This document shows positions 60,005 to 64,000 of a stretch of DNA of 64,000 nucleotides, piece by piece. This DNA is from Terriglobia bacterium (GTDB lineage: Bacteria > Acidobacteriota > UBA6911). Position 1 is the first letter of the stretch. Each line of letters begins with the position of its first letter. The stretch is from assembly GCA_963739235.1 (NCBI GenBank), contig CAVTZY010000033.1, forward strand, positions 157,153 to 221,152, read 5' to 3'. The position numbers and the translations under genes are program-made. The notes beneath the pieces were generated by a model that saw only the letters and a program-made list of their open reading frames with translations, was not told the origin of the DNA and made no database searches.

Positions 60005-60190
60005 CAAGGTTATGGAAGGCTGAGCACCGGGTCAGTGGAGCAGCCTGTGACTACTTGATCCCGGCAACTCAGTAGTTATCGCCCAGTATTCCACACCGGT
60101 ACTTTCCCCAAGAACAAGATTCTGCGCGCAATCCCCCTCAGTACTCCACACTAAGTACTCTGTACTAAAGTTTTTAGATTCCGTGATAGG

Positions 60191-61798
60191 ATGCGTTCGC
60201 AAATGCGATATTTTCATACGTTAACCTTCCGGGTGATCGTCGGATCCTGTCTGCTTTTGGTTGCCCTCTTCGGCCTGTATACCTACTTTGCTGTCAGCTT
60301 CCACAGCTCTCAGATGATGAACGAAGTGTGCGACAGCGCCAGCATTCTCAGCGACATCATTAAGAATTCCACTCACTACAGCATGCTCACGGCACGTAGT
60401 GAGGATGTGAAGGAAGCCATCTACGGCATCGGCCGGGTGCCGGGGGTCGAGATCCGGATTTATAATAAACGCGGCCAGATCATGGTGTCTACGGACCGGT
60501 CCCAGGAAGGAAAGGTGGTGGACATGAGTGCGGAGGCCTGCAATGTCTGCCACGACAGCACGAAGCCTCTGGCCAACCCTCTGCAGTCGGTTCCTTCGAA
60601 TCAGCTCTTCCGCTACTACATCGGACCCGAGGGATTTCGCTTCGTCGGCCTCATCAATCCCATTCGCAACGAGCCATCCTGTTACGGCTGCCACTCGCAG
60701 GATCAGACCGTACTGGGAGTGCTCGACGTGCGCATGTCTCTTGAGAAGGTCAATGCTAATATCACCGAGGCGCGCTGGAAGCTGATCTTGTACGCCATCC
60801 TGGGCACGGTCGTGGTAACGATCGCATCGGTCCTCTTTTTGTCCGTCACCGTGCACCGCCCCGTGCGGAGGCTTCGTGAAGGGACAAGGCGTATTTCCGC
60901 AGGCCAATTCGACTATCAGATCACTCTGGCCTCGAAAGACGAAATCGGCGAACTGGCGCGCGCCTTCAACGAAATGACGAATAGCCTGCAGAAAGCCGAA
61001 CGGGAAAACAAGCTTTGGTCGCAGACGCTGGAAAAGCGGGTGGAAGAAAAAACAGCGGAGCTGAAAGAGATACACGAGCAGATTCTTCAGATCGAAAAGA
61101 TGGCATCTCTTGGCAAGCTATCCGCCACGGTGGCGCATGAACTGAATAATCCACTGGCAGGAATTCTGAATTATCTGAAATTGATTGAGAAGCGGCTCAA
61201 AAAGATTGAGCCGTCTCCGATCTTGCAGTCGACTCTGGATGACCTGGAGCTGATTATCGGCGAGGTCAAGCGCTGCGGAAGCATCGTGAAAAACCTGCTG
61301 CTGTTCTCCAAACGCCAGGTCGCGGAGTTTGGTCTGGTGCCAGTAGCGGAAATTGTGGACCGCGCGGTGCGCCTGATGCAGCACCACTTCAAGATCTCCA
61401 ATGTAGATTTCCAGTCGGAGATTGCCGATCCGGAAGCCAAACTCTTGTGCGATGAAAGCCAGATCCAGCAGGCTCTGGTCGCGTTGTTCGTCAATGCGGT
61501 CGAGGCTATGCCGGCAGGTGGGGATCTTAAGCTCACCGTCACGCGCAATGCAGCGGGTGGTATCCGCATGGACATCGCCGACACGGGAAGCGGCGTGGCG
61601 GCCGAAGAAATTCCTCATCTCTTCGAACCATTCTTCACGACAAAAAAAGACGGAAAAGGGGTTGGTTTAGGCTTGGCGGTCGTTTACGGTATCCTTGAGC
61701 GCCATGAGGGAACGGTCTCGGTTCAATCCCAGCCTGGCAAGGGAACAGTTTTCACGCTCTCCTTTCCTCCCCGTGCGGATGAACCATCCCGGGGTTGA
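60191..61798 (+). CDS. Sensor histidine kinase with extracytoplasmic di-CXXCH (putative c-type heme) sensor domain, HAMP, HisKA, HATPase
   Basis: TM1 spans roughly aa 12-33 and TM2 roughly aa 200-222. CNVCH and CYGCH lie in the loop between them. The HAMP region is RRLREGTRRISAGQFDY...EIGELARAFNEM. The H-box is SATVAHELNNPLAGI. The G-boxes are DTGSGV and GKGVGLGLAV. Confidence 0.85.
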   Translation: MRSQMRYFHTLTFRVIVGSCLLLVALFGLYTYFAVSFHSSQMMNEVCDSASILSDIIKNSTHYSMLTARSEDVKEAIYGIGRVPGVEIRIYNKRGQIMVSTDRSQEGKVVDMSAEACNVCHDSTKPLANPLQSVPSNQLFRYYIGPEGFRFVGLINPIRNEPSCYGCHSQDQTVLGVLDVRMSLEKVNANITEARWKLILYAILGTVVVTIASVLFLSVTVHRPVRRLREGTRRISAGQFDYQITLASKDEIGELARAFNEMTNSLQKAERENKLWSQTLEKRVEEKTAELKEIHEQILQIEKMASLGKLSATVAHELNNPLAGILNYLKLIEKRLKKIEPSPILQSTLDDLELIIGEVKRCGSIVKNLLLFSKRQVAEFGLVPVAEIVDRAVRLMQHHFKISNVDFQSEIADPEAKLLCDESQIQQALVALFVNAVEAMPAGGDLKLTVTRNAAGGIRMDIADTGSGVAAEEIPHLFEPFFTTKKDGKGVGLGLAVVYGILERHEGTVSVQSQPGKGTVFTLSFPPRADEPSRG

Positions 61799-61845
61799 GA
61801 CCGAAGCATTGCTTTTGTAAGTCAGGGTCGGGGTGTAGGGGGTGT

Positions 61846-63193
61846 ATGAACAATCGGACATCTATTCTCATTGTCGATGACGAAAAGATCGTGAGGGAGT
61901 CGCTGTCCAAGTGGTTCCTCGAGGACGGATTCAGCGTAGGGACCGCCGAAGACGCGCCGGCAGCGCTCCGGCAGCTCCAGGCTCAGCGATGGGACATCAT
62001 CCTGCTTGACATCAAAATGCCGGGCATGGACGGCATGGAGTTGCAGGGACGGATCCGGGAGATTGATCCGCTGACGGCGATCATTTTCATTACCGCGCAT
62101 GCGTCGGTCGATACCGCCGTCCAGGCCCTCAAGGCCGGCGCTTTCGATTATGTGACCAAGCCGGTTGATCCGGACTATCTCTCCCATCTGATCCGCAATG
62201 CCATCAAGCAGCGGGCGCTATTGCAGGAAAACATCAAGCTCAAGGAGCAGATCGCCGAATGTCCCAAGCTCGATGAGATCATCGGCGAATCTCCGGCCAT
62301 GCAGCAGGTATTCGAAATGATCGAGACGGTGGCCAAGACCGAAACTACCGTCATGCTCCGCGGCGAGAGCGGCACCGGCAAAGAGCTGATCGCCCGCGCC
62401 ATTCACAGCAATAGCGAGCGCCGCTACTTCCCGATCGTGACCATCAATTGTGGCGCCATGCCGGAAGGGGTGCTCGAAAGCGAGCTCTTCGGCCACGAAC
62501 GGGGCGCCTTCACCGGGGCGCAATACCGGCGCAAGGGCAAGATTGAGCTTGCCGATCAGGGGACCCTGTTTCTGGATGAGATCGGCAACATCGGCATGAA
62601 GACGCAGATGGATCTGCTGAGAGTGCTCGAGACCAAGCAGTTCACGCGCGTCGGCGGCAATGAAATCATCAAGGTCGATTTCCGGATCATCTGCGCCACG
62701 AACAAAGACCTCGAAAAAGCAGTCCAGGATAGAACCTTCCGGGAAGATCTCTACTATCGCCTGAACGTTTTTACGATCTTCGTGCCTCCGCTGCAGGGAG
62801 CGTAAATCGGACATCCCCCTGCTCGTCGACTATTTCGTGAAGAAAGTATGCGCACGCGATGGCCAAGCCGATCGCATCCATCTCGCCCGAGGCGATGGAT
62901 GTGCTGGTGCGCTACAACTGGCCGGGAAACGTGCGCGAGCTGGAAAACGCGATCGAGCGCGCGATGGTGGTGGGCAAGCCTCCCGGCGATTGTCCCGGAG
63001 GATCTGCCCTTCCGCCTGTCTGAAAAAAACAACATGCCGCATAGCGGGTCGCTGGCGGCGGTCGAAAAAGCGCACATTACCCAGCGTGCTCGAGCAGAAC
63101 AACTGGAATATTTCGCGATCTGCCGAAATCCTCGAGATCGACCGTGTGACTCTGTACAACAAGATCCACAAATACGGTCTGAGGAAACCGTAA
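61846..63193 (+). CDS. Sigma54-dependent response regulator (NtrC/Fis family), frame broken four times
   Basis: The REC domain has ILIVDDE and DIKMPGMDG. The AAA+ domain has GESGTGKE, the GAFTGA loop in ERGAFTGA, and DEIG. The remainder, [16 protein letters not shown] / [46 protein letters not shown] / AIVPEDLPF.. / [32 protein letters not shown], lies in successive +1 frames. The length is 1348 = 3x448+4. Confidence 0.88.
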
Positions 63194-63345
63194 ATGCCAG
63201 AAGAGATCGACCTGAAAAGCGTCTACCCTTGTCACGCCTGCGCGGCGGCCTTGGGAATTGGGGACGAGTCCTGCGTGATGAATCACCAGTGATGAGTGGT
63301 TCTGCTTTGCGCTCCTCACTCATGATTCGTCGCTCGCTGTGGTTC

Positions 63346-64000
63346 TTAAAGAGGATAGATACCGGGACGGCGGTCGCGAAGGAAATGCCGGCGCGCTGAG
63401 CATTGTTCGAGCAGAGAGAAATTTAGGTCGGCATAAAGGATATCATCTTGCCCTGCGGGCGCGCGTGCGATCACACGCCCCATCGGATCCGTCACGAAGG
63501 ATTCCCCCGCGAAGGTGAGACACTCCTCCGGGCCGACACGATTTGCCAGGGCGGCAAAATAGCCGTTTTGAAAACTCGCCACTTGAAGCTCTGCTTCGAA
63601 AACTCCCGGAGGCCACTCGCCGACGGAGCCAGCCTGGGGCACGACCACGATCTCTGCCCCCTTCACGCCGAGGGCTCTTGTATACTCCGGAAAATGCCGA
63701 TCGTAGCAAATCGCCACTCCGAGGCGACCGACCGCGGTGTCGAACACCGTGGCGCCGTGATCCCCTGGATGATAGAAGTCCGTTTCATGGAAGCAGGGGC
63801 CATCGATGATGTGGATCATGCGAATTGCGCCCAGCAGCCGGCCATCGGCATCCAGCACAGGTGAAGAGTCGTACGTGCGCTCTCCGTCGCGTTCATAGAG
63901 GTTGAGCACAACCACGATCCCGAGTTTAGCGGCGAGGCCGGCAAATAATTCGGTGGTCGGACCTGGAACCGGCTCGGACCATGGCGGAGGCTGCGCACTG
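63346..64000 (-). CDS. Carbon-nitrogen hydrolase family protein (nitrilase/amidase superfamily), 5' end off the right edge
   Basis: Matching blocks are GRLGVAICYDRHFPE (catalytic Cys), EIVVVPQAG and NGYFAALANRVG. The ORF is open to the window edge. Confidence 0.8.
   Translation of the reverse strand, partial: SAQPPPWSEPVPGPTTELFAGLAAKLGIVVVLNLYERDGERTYDSSPVLDADGRLLGAIRMIHIIDGPCFHETDFYHPGDHGATVFDTAVGRLGVAICYDRHFPEYTRALGVKGAEIVVVPQAGSVGEWPPGVFEAELQVASFQNGYFAALANRVGPEECLTFAGESFVTDPMGRVIARAPAGQDDILYADLNFSLLEQCSARRHFLRDRRPGIYPL

Noticed and set aside
1-64000. A search for tRNA, rRNA, tmRNA, SRP RNA or RNase P RNA genes and for CRISPR arrays.
   Set aside because: By eye I found no T-loop/acceptor-stem combinations, no rRNA-like conserved strings and no regularly spaced direct repeats. 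A tRNAscan/Infernal run would be the decisive check.

Overview
This is a high-GC chromosomal window, probably from an Acidobacteria-like soil bacterium. That placement is an inference from a TIGR03436-type 'VWFA-related acidobacterial' N-terminal signature at 19.7 kb, a CarboxypepD_reg-repeat protein, and the many ECF sigma, TPR and FtsX genes. Most of the content is housekeeping. It includes two FtsX/MacB permeases, class II ribonucleotide reductase nrdJ with tandem NrdR boxes, an Slt-like lytic transglycosylase, uvrB-aroA-aroK, nth, msrPQ, an MFS transporter and lepA. It also includes a DHS-like/SIS pair, uvrA, maeB, pirin, a bactofilin, a complete 4-gene group 3b [NiFe]-hydrogenase operon (hyhBGSL order) and a GltP-type symporter. 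The remaining core genes are two ECF sigma modules, polA, a Nudix hydrolase, an RluA-type pseudouridine synthase, ttcA, and a sigma54 two-component module. The mobile or accessory content is smaller:
- a full-length group II intron (6.9-8.8 kb);
- a 283-bp MITE-like palindromic element with CTAG ends;
- several families of long hairpin or REP-like intergenic repeats;
- a ~3.4-kb lower-GC islet carrying higBA, an orphan higA and a truncated higB, bounded by a 90-bp gltP-like relic.

I found no rRNA, tRNA or CRISPR. A major caveat is that at least 18 frame breaks in essential genes (uvrB x4, lepA x6, the NtrC-type regulator x4, and FtsX, nrdJ, gltP, polA x1 each) all resolve as single-nucleotide insertions. 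They look like consensus or sequencing errors rather than biology, and they fragment the supplied ORF track. I did not find an unambiguous new system. The best candidates for follow-up are:
- the sigma54 circuit at 59-63.3 kb (Cys-rich lipoyl-less GcvH-like protein, di-CXXCH sensor kinase and NtrC-type activator);
- the ECF sigma/anti-sigma operon ending in an apparently catalytically dead HtrA-PDZ protein;
- the hairpin-repeat families.

All coordinates, alignments and counts were made by eye. Gene starts are approximate, and the family calls rest on remembered motifs rather than searches.
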